Below, in pieces: positions 52,667 to 62,404 of a stretch of 64,000 nt of DNA. The position numbers and the translations under genes are program-made. Below the pieces are notes generated by a model. It was not told the origin of the DNA, ran no database searches, and worked only from the letters and a program-made list of their open reading frames with translations. Location: the NCBI GenBank assembly GCA_050250895.1, contig JBFWNU010000003.1, positions 288,001-352,000 of the forward strand, read 5' to 3'. Each line of letters opens with the position of its first letter. The stretch's first letter is position 1. This DNA is from Vulcanimicrobiota bacterium (lineage in GTDB: Bacteria > Vulcanimicrobiota > Xenobia > Xenobiales > JADMJV01).

Positions 52667-53474
52667 GGTCCTGGTCGGTCTAGGCCTGGTGGTGGGCGGT
52701 TTTGTCCTCTATCACAAGCGACAGCAGGCCCTCGACCGCGAGCTGCGGGCTCGCCCTTTCCCACCCGAGTGGGAAGGCTATCTCGAGGCCAATGCCCCGC
52801 TGTACGTCAAGCTGCCCGAGCAGCTCAAACGAGAACTGCATGGGCATATCCACGTCTTCTTGGAACACAAGCGCTTCGAGGGCTGCGGTGGGCTCGAGGT
52901 GACCGACGAGATGCGGGTGACGGTGGCCGGGCTGGCCTGCTTGCTGTTGCTCAACCGCCCTTCCAAGAGCTATCCCGATCTCAAGTCGATTTTGATTTAC
53001 CCTTCGGCCTTCGTGGTCGAGTCCAAACGCCGCGAGGGCTACGTCGAGCTGGCCGACGAGCGCCAGGTGCGCCTGGGCGAGTCGTGGGTGGATGGGGTGG
53101 TGGTCTTGTCCTGGGATGACGTGGCCCGCTCTTCTCACGACGTGCGCGACGGGCACAACCTGGTGCTCCACGAGTTCGCCCATCAACTCGACCAGGAGGA
53201 CGGAAGTTCGGATGGTGTGCCCATCCTGGGCTGCAACTCGCGTTACCTTGCCTGGGCCCAGGTGTTCAGCAAAGACTATCAGAAGCTTCGCGAGCGCACC
53301 GAAAAAGGAAAGAAAAGCGTGTTGGACGCCTATGGAGCGACCAATCCGGCCGAGTTCTTCGCAGTGGCTACCGAGACGTTCTTCGAAAAGCCCAGACAGC
53401 TAAAGAAGAAGTATCCTGACCTCTACGACGAGCTCAAGTCGTTTTATCAGCTCGACCCGCTGAGCTGGCACTAA
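52659..53474 (+). CDS. MtfA-like zinc metallopeptidase (M90)
   Basis: LGESW, HEFAHQLD, YGATNPAEFFAVATE.FFEKP. Confidence 0.92.
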   Translation: MLEVLVGLGLVVGGFVLYHKRQQALDRELRARPFPPEWEGYLEANAPLYVKLPEQLKRELHGHIHVFLEHKRFEGCGGLEVTDEMRVTVAGLACLLLLNRPSKSYPDLKSILIYPSAFVVESKRREGYVELADERQVRLGESWVDGVVVLSWDDVARSSHDVRDGHNLVLHEFAHQLDQEDGSSDGVPILGCNSRYLAWAQVFSKDYQKLRERTEKGKKSVLDAYGATNPAEFFAVATETFFEKPRQLKKKYPDLYDELKSFYQLDPLSWH

Positions 53475-53818
53475 CCGGCTTCGGTCAGGCGGTACACGTC
53501 GCCTTTGCGAGGCGGCGGGGGAAAGCGTCCACCTTCGGCCAGCTCCCGTACCACCCCGATCTCCTCACCTTCGCGATAAACTGCGTAGGTGCCGGCGATG
53601 GGGGCGCGTTGACCGGGACGGAAGGAGGGGACCTCTTTCTCTTTGGTGTCGAGCTTCTCGACCTCTGGTTTGGGGGTTGGCTCCGGCTTGGCCTCCTGGA
53701 CCACCTCGACGACCGTCACCGGTTCGGCGACTGGCTCAGGGGCTTTCGTCGGTATACTGACCTGGATCTGCTCCGGTTCGGAGCTGCCACCAAAGAGGCG
53801 GCGAAACAATCCACCCAT
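53471..53818 (-). CDS. Hypothetical protein with YjzC-like C-terminus
   Basis: GGGAG RBS; FRPGQRAPIAGTY...GGRFPP. Confidence 0.6.
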   Translation of the reverse strand: MGGLFRRLFGGSSEPEQIQVSIPTKAPEPVAEPVTVVEVVQEAKPEPTPKPEVEKLDTKEKEVPSFRPGQRAPIAGTYAVYREGEEIGVVRELAEGGRFPPPPRKGDVYRLTEAG

Positions 53819-53905
53819 AGCATCACTCCCTTTTTGATCTCGAACCCACGTTCCATGGTAGGGCCTGATGCCGATTTCGTCAAATGGCCTGGTTATGAGG
53901 TTTTT

Positions 53906-54970
53906 TCAAATAGGCACCTGATAGGTGAGACAACGGAGCAATCCGTTGGCGCGGGCGGCCGCATCTGCCGGTACCGTCTGTGTTTGCCAGCCGCGGGATT
54001 GGTAGAAGTCTTGCCACTTCTGGATGGTTTGCTGGGCTGTCGCGTCGGGGTTGGAGGGGACGGGTAGCAGGCATAGACGCTGGCCGTCGACGTTGACCAA
54101 CTCGGCGTTGGTGGGCGAATAGAGGTGGCCGTCGGCCCGGATCGAGGGCAGGCGCTCGACCTCGAGGCCGGCCTGAGCAAGGCGCGCCACCTGACCCTCG
54201 AGGAAGTCGCGATTGGGTTCGTCGTCGAGCACCAGCACCTCCCGCGGCGCCAGGGCCTGGCAGTACATGTCGACATGGCCCGTCTTGTCACCCGGTAGCC
54301 CGGGCATGACCAGAATCTTTTCGACGGATGTAGCGCTTGAAGTGGACAGTTCGGCCAGGACCTGATCGGCCTGGCGGGGAGCATAGCCAAACTGGGAAAG
54401 GCTCGGTTGCTCGGTTTGATTCTCGTCGAGCAACCCCTGGCTGACCAGCAAGAACTCGCCGGTGGGAACGAGTTGTCCGCCCTGGGCCTGGATTTTGGCC
54501 GTTTCGCTGGGCAGCCAACGACCCTGATGTCCGGGCATGGGAAAGAACTTCTGATCGGGAGCGGGCGGGGCCACCGGCACGTAGGTGGCGGTCTGATACT
54601 GCTGCCGATAGGGGTTGGGACTGAGAAACTTCACCACCGACAGGTCGCCATTCTGGTCGCGGCGGTAGAGAGGGTGGTAGTCGCGCATCCACACCAGGTT
54701 GGGGTCCGAATAGCCCGAGCGCGGCCCCTGGTAGCCTACCGACTGCAGGTCGAAGGCCGAGCCGAGCCGGTCGTAGAGCACTCCCACCAGAGAGGGGACC
54801 AGATCGCGCACCAGCTGATGGGCCACTACCGCCGAGCCGCGGGCATAGTCGGGAACCAGTCCGGTCAGTTGAACCCGATCAGACGGCTCCGCCTGGGCAG
54901 GGCTAGAATGGGAATTGGCCTGGTGGCGTGCGGTCATTGGCCGCCACGGCGTGGTGGGTTGGATGAGCAT
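53906..54970 (-). CDS. Agmatine/peptidylarginine deiminase-like protein
   Basis: WMRDY, TGHVDMY, GLLRCLT. Confidence 0.75.
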   Translation of the reverse strand: MLIQPTTPWRPMTARHQANSHSSPAQAEPSDRVQLTGLVPDYARGSAVVAHQLVRDLVPSLVGVLYDRLGSAFDLQSVGYQGPRSGYSDPNLVWMRDYHPLYRRDQNGDLSVVKFLSPNPYRQQYQTATYVPVAPPAPDQKFFPMPGHQGRWLPSETAKIQAQGGQLVPTGEFLLVSQGLLDENQTEQPSLSQFGYAPRQADQVLAELSTSSATSVEKILVMPGLPGDKTGHVDMYCQALAPREVLVLDDEPNRDFLEGQVARLAQAGLEVERLPSIRADGHLYSPTNAELVNVDGQRLCLLPVPSNPDATAQQTIQKWQDFYQSRGWQTQTVPADAAARANGLLRCLTYQVPI

Positions 54971-55015
54971 AGCTCGAGGCTAAGCCTCGACCCTCAAACT
55001 AGCCTAAAAAGCCGA

Positions 55016-55057
55016 CTGATCTATATCATTGGTCGGCATATCTAGTTTTATTAATAT
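55016..55057 (+). promoter_or_regulatory. FNR/CRP-family box plus -10 element
   Basis: CTGAT-CTAT-ATCAT (55016-55029), centred 41.5 bp upstream of ATG 55064; TAATAT at 55052-55057. Confidence 0.6.
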
Positions 55058-55063
55058 TTAACT

Positions 55064-57226
55064 ATGCTCCTGAAGCGCCGGACCTTTCTCAAGATTGCCC
55101 TGGGCAGTGTGGTGGCTGCCTCGCTGCCAGACATGTCTTGGGGTGGACTAGAGCCACGGCCCGATGGGGTGGTGCCCACCTATTGCGACATCTGCTTCTG
55201 GAAGTGCGGTTCGCTGGCCCATGTGCGCGACGGCCAGGTGTGGAAGATCACCGGCAATCCTATCGACCCGCTCTCGCGCGGCCGGCTCTGTCCGCGCGGC
55301 ACCGGCGGCGTAGGCGCTCTGCGTGACCCCGACCGTCTGCGCAGGCCTTTGATCCGCAGCCAACAACGGGGCCAGGACGTATGGCGCGAGGCCAGCTGGG
55401 ATGAAGCCCTCGACTATGTCGCCAGGAAGATGGCCGCCATCGGGCAGCAGTATGGGCCCGAGGCCATGGCTTTGTTCAGCCACGGTGTGGGCGGCAATTT
55501 CTTCAAGCACACCTTCCGGGCGTTCGGCTCTCCCAACTTCGCCGCACCTTCCTTCGCCCAGTGCCGGGGGCCGCGGGACGTGGGTTTTCGCCTGACCTTC
55601 GGCGAGGACCCGGGCAGCCCCGAGAACACCGACATCGCCAACGCCCAGTGCCTGGTGCTGATCGGTAGCCACCTGGGCGAGAACATGCACAACACCCAGG
55701 TGCAGGAATTCGCCGACTTCATGCGCGCCCGGGGCACCTTGATCGTGGCCGACCCTCGCCAGTCGACGGCGGCCACCAAGGCCCGCTACTGGCTGCCCGT
55801 CAAGCCGGGCACCGACACCGCCCTGTTGCTGGCCTGGATGCACGTGCTGGTGAAGGAGGGGCTTTATGACCAGGAGTACGTGGCTCGTTACGGCCACGGC
55901 TTCGAGGCCTTCGCCCGCGAGTTGGCGCCCTGCACCCCGGAATGGGCCTGGGTCCAGACCGGCATCGAGCCGGACGTGATCCGCGAGACGGCCCGGGTCA
56001 TGGCTCGCCACCGGCCGGCCACCCTGGTGCACCCGGGCCGGCGCACCAACTGGCACGGCAACGACACCCAGCGGGCCCGGGCGGTGGCCCTGCTCAACGC
56101 TCTGCTGGGCTCCTGGGGCCGCAAGGGAGGGTTCTACATCCCCCACGCGATGGACTGGCCGGCCTATCCCTACCCGAAGTATCCCCAGACCAAAGAGCCT
56201 TGCGATAATCCCGACCGCCGCTATCCTTTCGCCCACGAGGCCATCACTACCGGAATCCGCCAGGCCACCCTCACGGGCGAGCCCTATCCGGTCAAGGGCT
56301 GGCTGGTCAATGCCACCAACCTGATCCACTCGCTGCCGAACTCGCAAGAGACCATCGAGGCCATTCAGAAGCTCGAACTGCTGGTGGTGGTCGATGTGGT
56401 CCCCTCAGAGATCGCCGGTTGGGCCGATGTGGTGCTGCCTGATACCACCTATCTCGAGCGCGGCGACGACTTCAACGTACCGTTCTTTCGCGAGTCGTTC
56501 GTGGCTTTGCGCCAACCGGTGGTCGAGGCTCCCGATGACCAGAAGCCGGCCTGGTGGATGGCCCGAGAACTGGCTATCCGACTGGGGTTGCAAGACTACT
56601 ACCCCTGGAAAGACATCGAGGAATACCAGCGCCAACGTTGTCAGTTGGCCGGCATCGACTTCGAAGCCCTCAAGAAGGACGGCTACGTCAATGGCCCCCG
56701 GCGACCGCTCTATTATGAAGACGGCATCGAACCGGAGTTTCCCACTCCGTCGGGCAAGATCGAGTTCTGGTCTGAGCAGCTTCGCCAGGCCGGTTTTGAC
56801 CCCGTGCCTCGCTACGAGCCCCCCGAGCCGGTTCCGCCGGGAGCCTATCGCTTGCTGTCGGGGCGCGCTCCCCTGCACTCCTTTAGCCGCACCCAGAACA
56901 ATCCACTGCTGCACAATGTCATGGCTGAGAACGAACTGTGGCTCAACGCTGGTCAGGCCCGGCGCCTCGGGCTTCAATCGGGAGACCGGGTCAAGCTCAC
57001 CAACCAGGACGGTGCCCAGAGTCTGCCCATCAAGGTCAAGGCCACCCAGCGCATTCGTCCCGATTGCGTCTACATGGTGCACGGCTTTGGACGCTCTTCG
57101 CGCCGCTTGCGACTGGCTCACGGTAAAGGCGCGAGCGACGCCCAGATGATCACCCGCTACCGGGTCGACCCGCTTATGGGCGCTACCGGGGTCGAGATGA
57201 ACTTCGTGACTTTGGAGCCCGTCTGA
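55064..57226 (+). CDS. Polysulfide/thiosulfate reductase catalytic molybdopterin subunit (PsrA/PhsA-like)
   Basis: Tat RRTFLK, CDICFWKC...LCPRG, SFAQCRGPR Mo ligand, HLGENMHN, PTPSGKIEF. Confidence 0.9.
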   Translation: MLLKRRTFLKIALGSVVAASLPDMSWGGLEPRPDGVVPTYCDICFWKCGSLAHVRDGQVWKITGNPIDPLSRGRLCPRGTGGVGALRDPDRLRRPLIRSQQRGQDVWREASWDEALDYVARKMAAIGQQYGPEAMALFSHGVGGNFFKHTFRAFGSPNFAAPSFAQCRGPRDVGFRLTFGEDPGSPENTDIANAQCLVLIGSHLGENMHNTQVQEFADFMRARGTLIVADPRQSTAATKARYWLPVKPGTDTALLLAWMHVLVKEGLYDQEYVARYGHGFEAFARELAPCTPEWAWVQTGIEPDVIRETARVMARHRPATLVHPGRRTNWHGNDTQRARAVALLNALLGSWGRKGGFYIPHAMDWPAYPYPKYPQTKEPCDNPDRRYPFAHEAITTGIRQATLTGEPYPVKGWLVNATNLIHSLPNSQETIEAIQKLELLVVVDVVPSEIAGWADVVLPDTTYLERGDDFNVPFFRESFVALRQPVVEAPDDQKPAWWMARELAIRLGLQDYYPWKDIEEYQRQRCQLAGIDFEALKKDGYVNGPRRPLYYEDGIEPEFPTPSGKIEFWSEQLRQAGFDPVPRYEPPEPVPPGAYRLLSGRAPLHSFSRTQNNPLLHNVMAENELWLNAGQARRLGLQSGDRVKLTNQDGAQSLPIKVKATQRIRPDCVYMVHGFGRSSRRLRLAHGKGASDAQMITRYRVDPLMGATGVEMNFVTLEPV

Positions 57227-57771
57227 TGGCCCGCTTCGGCATGGTGATCGATACCACTTTGTGCGTCGGCTGCGCCGACTGCGTGGTGGCCTGCGCCACC
57301 GAGAACCGGGTGCCGGACGGCTACTGTCGCGACTGGATCGTGGAGGCGGTCAGCGGCGAGTTTCCCCACGCTCATCTCGAAATTCGTAGCGAGCGCTGCA
57401 ACCATTGCGACGACCCGCCCTGCGTCAGTTGCTGTCCGACCGGAGCAAGCCATGTGGCCGAACCTGGCCGGGTGGTGCTGGTCACGGCCAACCAGTGCAT
57501 CGGCTGCAAAGCTTGCCTGGTCTCGTGCCCCTATGACGCCCGCTTCATCCATCCCGACGGCTATGCCGACAAGTGCACCTTCTGCCACCATCGCACCGCC
57601 CAGGGGCTCGACCCGGCCTGCGTGGCAGTCTGTCCCACTCGCTGCATGCACTTTGGCGACCTCGACGACCCTGACAGTGACGTTTCCAGGTTGCTGGCCT
57701 CGCGCCGGTGGCACACTCTGATGCCAGAGGCGGGAACCAACCCCCGCATCTTCTATCTTACGGGGGACTGA
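57226..57771 (+). CDS. 4Fe-4S dicluster electron-transfer subunit (PsrB/NrfC-like)
   Basis: CVGCADCVVAC, CNHCDDPPCVSCCP, CIGCKACLVSCP, KCTFC. Confidence 0.93.
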   Translation: MARFGMVIDTTLCVGCADCVVACATENRVPDGYCRDWIVEAVSGEFPHAHLEIRSERCNHCDDPPCVSCCPTGASHVAEPGRVVLVTANQCIGCKACLVSCPYDARFIHPDGYADKCTFCHHRTAQGLDPACVAVCPTRCMHFGDLDDPDSDVSRLLASRRWHTLMPEAGTNPRIFYLTGD

Positions 57772-58769
57772 TGAATCTCGAACTGACTTCCACCCGCCAC
57801 AACTTCGAGATCGATCCGCACCTGCACGTGTGGGGCTGGCCGATTCCGGTCTATCTCTTCCTGGGCGGGCTGGTGGCCGGCACCATGGTGCTCTCGGGCT
57901 ATCGGCTGCTGACCCAGACCGAAGAGGACAAGGACCGGGCCTGGCCCTGGACGCCGGTGCTGGCCATCTTGCTGTTGAGCCTGGGCATGGGTGCCCTGTT
58001 CATGGACCTGACCCACCAACTCTATGTGTGGCGGCTCTATCTCACCTTCCAGGTGACCTCGCCCATGTCGTGGGGCTCGTGGATCTTGTTGACCGTCTAT
58101 CCGGCCTTGCTGGCGGCGGCTCTGTTACATCCGCCCAGGCAGGTCTGGCCTGAGCGAATTCGGCCCTGGTCGACCTGGATGAAGGAGCGACCCGGGGTGG
58201 TCACCGGAGTGGGTCTGCTCAACCTGTTGGGCGGCATCGCGCTGGGCACCTATACCGGCATTCTTCTCAGCGCCCTGGGAGCCCGGCCGCTCTGGGCCAG
58301 CGCCGCCCTTGGTCCGCTCTTTCTCCTGAGCGGTCTGTCCTCGGCGGCGGCCCTCAACCACCTGCTGATGATGGTCTACGACAGCCATCGCCAGGGCCGC
58401 TTTCGCGATCTCTTGATGGCGGGGCTGTTTCGGCTGCTGGGCAAAGGCGAAGACCACGACACCATGGTGCGCTTCGACAACAGTTTTCTGACCCTCGAAC
58501 TGGCCACCATCCTGCTCTACCTGGCCGGCCTGGCTTCGGGCTCGGCGGTCCACCAGCAGGCCTCCCAACTGCTGTTGACCGGCGACTGGGCGCCACTGTT
58601 TTGGTGCGGCGTGATCGCGGTCGGGATTCTCTTCCCCCTGCTGCTGCAGAGCCTGGAGCTCTACGGCCGGATCAAGCGCACCCCCATCCCTGCCATCATG
58701 GTCCTGACGGGCGGCTTTCTGCTGCGTTGGGTGATGGTCTTCGCCGGCCAGCAATCACACTGGCACTGA
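57771..58769 (+). CDS. NrfD/PsrC membrane anchor subunit
   Basis: WGWPIPVYLFLGGL, SPMSWGSW, YTGILL, RPLW. Confidence 0.92.
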   Translation: MNLELTSTRHNFEIDPHLHVWGWPIPVYLFLGGLVAGTMVLSGYRLLTQTEEDKDRAWPWTPVLAILLLSLGMGALFMDLTHQLYVWRLYLTFQVTSPMSWGSWILLTVYPALLAAALLHPPRQVWPERIRPWSTWMKERPGVVTGVGLLNLLGGIALGTYTGILLSALGARPLWASAALGPLFLLSGLSSAAALNHLLMMVYDSHRQGRFRDLLMAGLFRLLGKGEDHDTMVRFDNSFLTLELATILLYLAGLASGSAVHQQASQLLLTGDWAPLFWCGVIAVGILFPLLLQSLELYGRIKRTPIPAIMVLTGGFLLRWVMVFAGQQSHWH

Positions 58770-58779
58770 GAGGAAAACG

Positions 58780-59289
58780 ATGCAAGAACGCACTGCGCAA
58801 CCCTACATGAACCCCTATCTGGCTGGCTTCGGCCTGGGATTGGTCCTGCTGGCCTGTTTTGTGGTCATGGGCTGGGGGCTGGGGGCCTCGAGCGCCTTTG
58901 CCACCGGGGTAGCTACCTGCCTGGCCGCGGTCGCTCCCGAGCACGTGGCCGGCAACTCGTTCTTCAGTGAATACCTGGCTCCCGGCAGCGGCTGGCTGGT
59001 GGCCCTGGTGGCTGGCGTCTTCGTGGGCGGGATGGTGTCGGGCTTGCTGGCCAGCCGCATCTCGGTCGAGATCGAGCGTGGCCCTCGGGCTAGCCAGGGA
59101 CCGAGGTTGGGGCTGGCCTTCGTAGGTGGAGTCTTGATGGCCATCGGGGCCAAGATCGGTGGCGGCTGCACCTCGGGTCAGGCCCTCACCGGTGGAGCCC
59201 TGCTCAACGCCGGCAGCTGGGCCTTCATGGTAAGCGTCTTTGCCGGGGCTTACGGGCTGGCCTGGTTGGTGAGAAAGCAGTGGATCTGA
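58780..59289 (+). CDS. YeeE/YedE thiosulfate-transporter-family protein
   Basis: NPYLAG, GLGASSA, GAKIGGGCTSGQAL. Confidence 0.88.
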   Translation: MQERTAQPYMNPYLAGFGLGLVLLACFVVMGWGLGASSAFATGVATCLAAVAPEHVAGNSFFSEYLAPGSGWLVALVAGVFVGGMVSGLLASRISVEIERGPRASQGPRLGLAFVGGVLMAIGAKIGGGCTSGQALTGGALLNAGSWAFMVSVFAGAYGLAWLVRKQWI

Positions 59290-60551
59290 TGAACGCACCC
59301 TTTTACAAGTTTGGAATGTTCGGGGACAACACAGCCCTGATGGTTGCCTTCGGGCTAGGGTTAGGCTTCGGGTTCTTTCTGGAGCGAGCCGGATTTGGCA
59401 GCGCCAAGAAGCTGACCGCTCAGTTCTACTTTCGGGACCTGGCCGTGCTCAAGGTGATGTTCACGGCCATCGTGACGGCCGCGGTGGGCCTTTTTCTCCT
59501 CTCCTGGGGCGGTCTGGTCGACCTGGCCCAGGTCTCGCTCAAACCGACGCTTTGGGCCGCCAACATTCTGGGCGGGCTGATTCTGGGCATGGGCTTCGTG
59601 ATCGGAGGATACTGTCCGGGCACCTCGGTAGTGGGCTCGGCCACCGGTCGCCTCGACGCCTGGACCTACATGGGCGGGCTGGCTTTCGGCATGTTCTGCT
59701 TTGGCGAGGTGGTGGGGTTGGCCCCACGGTTGGCCGCTCTCATCGATCTATCCGAGGCTCCTCGCCTGACGCTGGCCCAACTCAGCGGCCTGCCCTACGG
59801 GTTGCTGGTGCTGGCCGTGGCCGTGATGGCGGGGCTGGCCTTTCTGGCGGCCGAGTGGGCCGAAGTCAAGCTCGGCGGCAAGAAGCTCGAAGACCAGCCG
59901 CTGCTGGGAGCCTCTGGCTGGAACGTTTCGCGGGCTCTCCTCGGACTGTTGCTGGCCGGTGGGGTGGTGGCCGCGGCGGCCGGCAACCCCTATCGAGGCC
60001 CCAGACTGACCATTCATCAAGACGAGTTGGCCAGCCTGATCCAGCAGGAGGCCGACCACATGACTGTCGACGAGTTGGCCGACCACATGATCGCAGGCAC
60101 GGTCGACTTTCGCCTGATCGACGTGCGCCCGGCCGAGGCCTACGCTCGGGGTACCATCGCCGGGGCCGAGAGCATCCCCCTGGCAGAGTTGGTCAAGACC
60201 GATTTTGACCCTCGCGAGAAACTGGTGCTTTTCACCGACGGCCAGACCCACGCCGCCGAGGCCTGGATCTTTCTCCAGGCCCGGGGGATGAAGTCGGTCT
60301 ATGTGCTGTTGGGTGGGCTCGACGCCTGGCACGACGAGGTGCTCTATCCCGAGGTCAGCGACCCCGACGACCCCGCCGACGCCCGTCGCATCGCCCGGGC
60401 CCGAGCCTTCGGCGGCACGCCGATGACCCGCTCCCACCCGGGCGGCCCCGCGCCGCTGGAGATCAAGACCGATCTGCCTGAGGTGGCTCCGCCCACGCCC
60501 AGCGCCCCGGTTGCTCCACCGGTCAAGAAAAAGCGCCGCGAGGGGTGCTAG
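59289..60551 (+). CDS. YeeE/YedE protein fused to a rhodanese-like domain with a C-terminal Cys tail
   Basis: FGFFLERAG, GYCPGT, LIDVRP...IAGA, LGGLDAW; ends KKKRREGC. Confidence 0.85.
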   Translation: MNAPFYKFGMFGDNTALMVAFGLGLGFGFFLERAGFGSAKKLTAQFYFRDLAVLKVMFTAIVTAAVGLFLLSWGGLVDLAQVSLKPTLWAANILGGLILGMGFVIGGYCPGTSVVGSATGRLDAWTYMGGLAFGMFCFGEVVGLAPRLAALIDLSEAPRLTLAQLSGLPYGLLVLAVAVMAGLAFLAAEWAEVKLGGKKLEDQPLLGASGWNVSRALLGLLLAGGVVAAAAGNPYRGPRLTIHQDELASLIQQEADHMTVDELADHMIAGTVDFRLIDVRPAEAYARGTIAGAESIPLAELVKTDFDPREKLVLFTDGQTHAAEAWIFLQARGMKSVYVLLGGLDAWHDEVLYPEVSDPDDPADARRIARARAFGGTPMTRSHPGGPAPLEIKTDLPEVAPPTPSAPVAPPVKKKRREGC

Positions 60552-61960
60552 TATTTGCGCAGGCTGGGATCGACTTCGTCGGCCCAGCGCAGGATGCCGC
60601 CGGTGAGGTTGCGGACCCGGGGGTAGCCGGCCTCGAGCAGTTGGGCCTGGGCTTTGGCGCTGCGTCCACCGGACTTGCACTGAACCACCACATCGGCCTC
60701 TGGCGGGATCTCGGCCAGACGCTCGCCCAGTTCGCCCAGGGGAATGAGGCGAGCCTCGTAGTCGGCCAGGTTGGCGATGTCCCACTCGTGAGGTTGACGC
60801 ACGTCCACGATCAGCGGGCGACTGCCGGCGTCCCACTCCTGCTTGAGTTCGGCAGGGGTCACTTCGGCCGGGGCCTCTTCGGGCAGAGTGCGAAGGCCAC
60901 AGAATTCCTCATAGTCGATCAGCTCCGTGACGGTCGGCTCTGGACCGCAGAGCGGGCAATCGGGAGCCCGTCGCAGCTTGAGTTCGCGAAACTTCATGGC
61001 CAGAGCGTCGAAGGTCAACAGGCGGCCCAGCAGCGAGTTGCCGACTCCCAGGATCAGCTTGATGGTCTCGGTGGCCTGCAGGGTGCCCACCACCCCCGGC
61101 AGCACCCCCAACACGCCTCCCTCGGCGCAAGAAGGCACCAGTCCCGGCGGGGGTGGTTCGGGATAGAGGCAGCGATAGCACGGTCCGCCGCCGGCCGGAT
61201 GAAAAACCGACACCTGTCCCTCGAAGCGAAAGATCGAGCCATAGACGTTGGGCTTGCCCAGCAAGACGCAGGCGTCGTTGACCAGGTAGCGGGTGGCGAA
61301 GTTGTCGGTGCCGTCCACCACTACGTCGTAGTCTTTGAGGATCTCCAGGGCGTTGTCGGCCACCAGGGCCGTCTCGTAGGTCTCGAGCTTGACCAGCGGG
61401 TTGATGTCGGCCAGCCGCTCGCGGGCCGAGGCGATCTTGGGCCGACCCACGTCTTTGGTGCCGTGCATGACCTGGCGTTGCAGATTGCTGGCGTCGACCA
61501 CATCGAAGTCGACGATGCCCAGGCGGCCCACTCCGGCAGCCGCCAGATAGAGCCCTAGAGGGCTGCCGAGGCCACCGGTGCCGACCATCAAGACACTTGC
61601 CGCCTTGAGCTTCTTCTGGCCTTCCAGGCCGACTTCGGGCAGGGTCAGATGGCGGTCGTAGCGAGCCAGTTCGTCGGGGGTCAAATCGATACCGCCGGCG
61701 ATGGAGGGGATGATCAACAGTTCGTCGTCGGGCTCGAGGGGAGTCTCTTCTTGTTGCAGATAGCGGACATCCTCGTCGCCCAGATAGAGATTGACGAAGC
61801 TGCGCAGCTTGCCCTGGTCGTCGTAGAGATGCTTGCGCAGGTCGGGATATTGGGTGGTGAGAGCCTGCATGGCGGCGCCCACCGTCAAGGCTTGCACCTC
61901 GACCCGGGCGGTTTCGCCGCTGTAGCGCCGCAAAGCTGTGGGTATCATGATCGTTGGCAT
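60548..61960 (-). CDS. Ubl (MoaD/ThiS/CysO)-MoeB E1-rhodanese fusion
   Basis: IPTALRRY...IIPSIAGG (Ubl), RYDRH, GTGGLG, SNLQRQ, CYRC, CPLC, rhodanese CKSGGRS. Confidence 0.92.
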   Translation of the reverse strand: MPTIMIPTALRRYSGETARVEVQALTVGAAMQALTTQYPDLRKHLYDDQGKLRSFVNLYLGDEDVRYLQQEETPLEPDDELLIIPSIAGGIDLTPDELARYDRHLTLPEVGLEGQKKLKAASVLMVGTGGLGSPLGLYLAAAGVGRLGIVDFDVVDASNLQRQVMHGTKDVGRPKIASARERLADINPLVKLETYETALVADNALEILKDYDVVVDGTDNFATRYLVNDACVLLGKPNVYGSIFRFEGQVSVFHPAGGGPCYRCLYPEPPPPGLVPSCAEGGVLGVLPGVVGTLQATETIKLILGVGNSLLGRLLTFDALAMKFRELKLRRAPDCPLCGPEPTVTELIDYEEFCGLRTLPEEAPAEVTPAELKQEWDAGSRPLIVDVRQPHEWDIANLADYEARLIPLGELGERLAEIPPEADVVVQCKSGGRSAKAQAQLLEAGYPRVRNLTGGILRWADEVDPSLRKY

Positions 61961-61963
61961 CGG

Positions 61964-62404
61964 TTAATCCTCCATTTGGTCTAGCATTTCGATGGCCTCT
62001 TCTTCGAAGGCGGTGCGGTCCTCGCGCAGGATCCAGCTGCGCGACGGGGCCGCCCGGCCTTGATGGACCGGGGTGATGAGGTAGGACCAGTCGACAAAGC
62101 CGGCGTGCTCGAGGTCAAAATCCGAGGGCACGGCCGGATGGTCGGGGTGGCTGTGGTAGAACCCCCAGACCCCCAGGCCCAGGCGAGCGGCTTCTTTTTC
62201 TCCTCGGGCATAGTCCAGAGGAGAGAGTTCGACCCGGTTGTGGCGCGAGTCGGCCCGCTGGTTGGTTAGAGGCAGAATGGAAAAGACGGTGCGCACGTTC
62301 TGGCGAGCCAGGCCCAGCAGTAGTCCGCCGCACTCTTCAGGGTAGGTGGAGCGGGCGTGGGCTTCGATTTCGGCCATTTGGGCCGAGGTCAGTCGCAAGG
62401 TCAT
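61964..62404 (-). CDS. JAB/MPN+ (M67, Mec-like) peptidase
   Basis: YPEECGGLL, YHSHPDHPAVPSDFD. Confidence 0.92.
   Translation of the reverse strand: MTLRLTSAQMAEIEAHARSTYPEECGGLLLGLARQNVRTVFSILPLTNQRADSRHNRVELSPLDYARGEKEAARLGLGVWGFYHSHPDHPAVPSDFDLEHAGFVDWSYLITPVHQGRAAPSRSWILREDRTAFEEEAIEMLDQMED

Noticed and set aside
60540-60551. Selenocysteine or readthrough after the terminal GC
   Set aside because: The stop is TAG, not TGA, and it overlaps the convergent gene's stop
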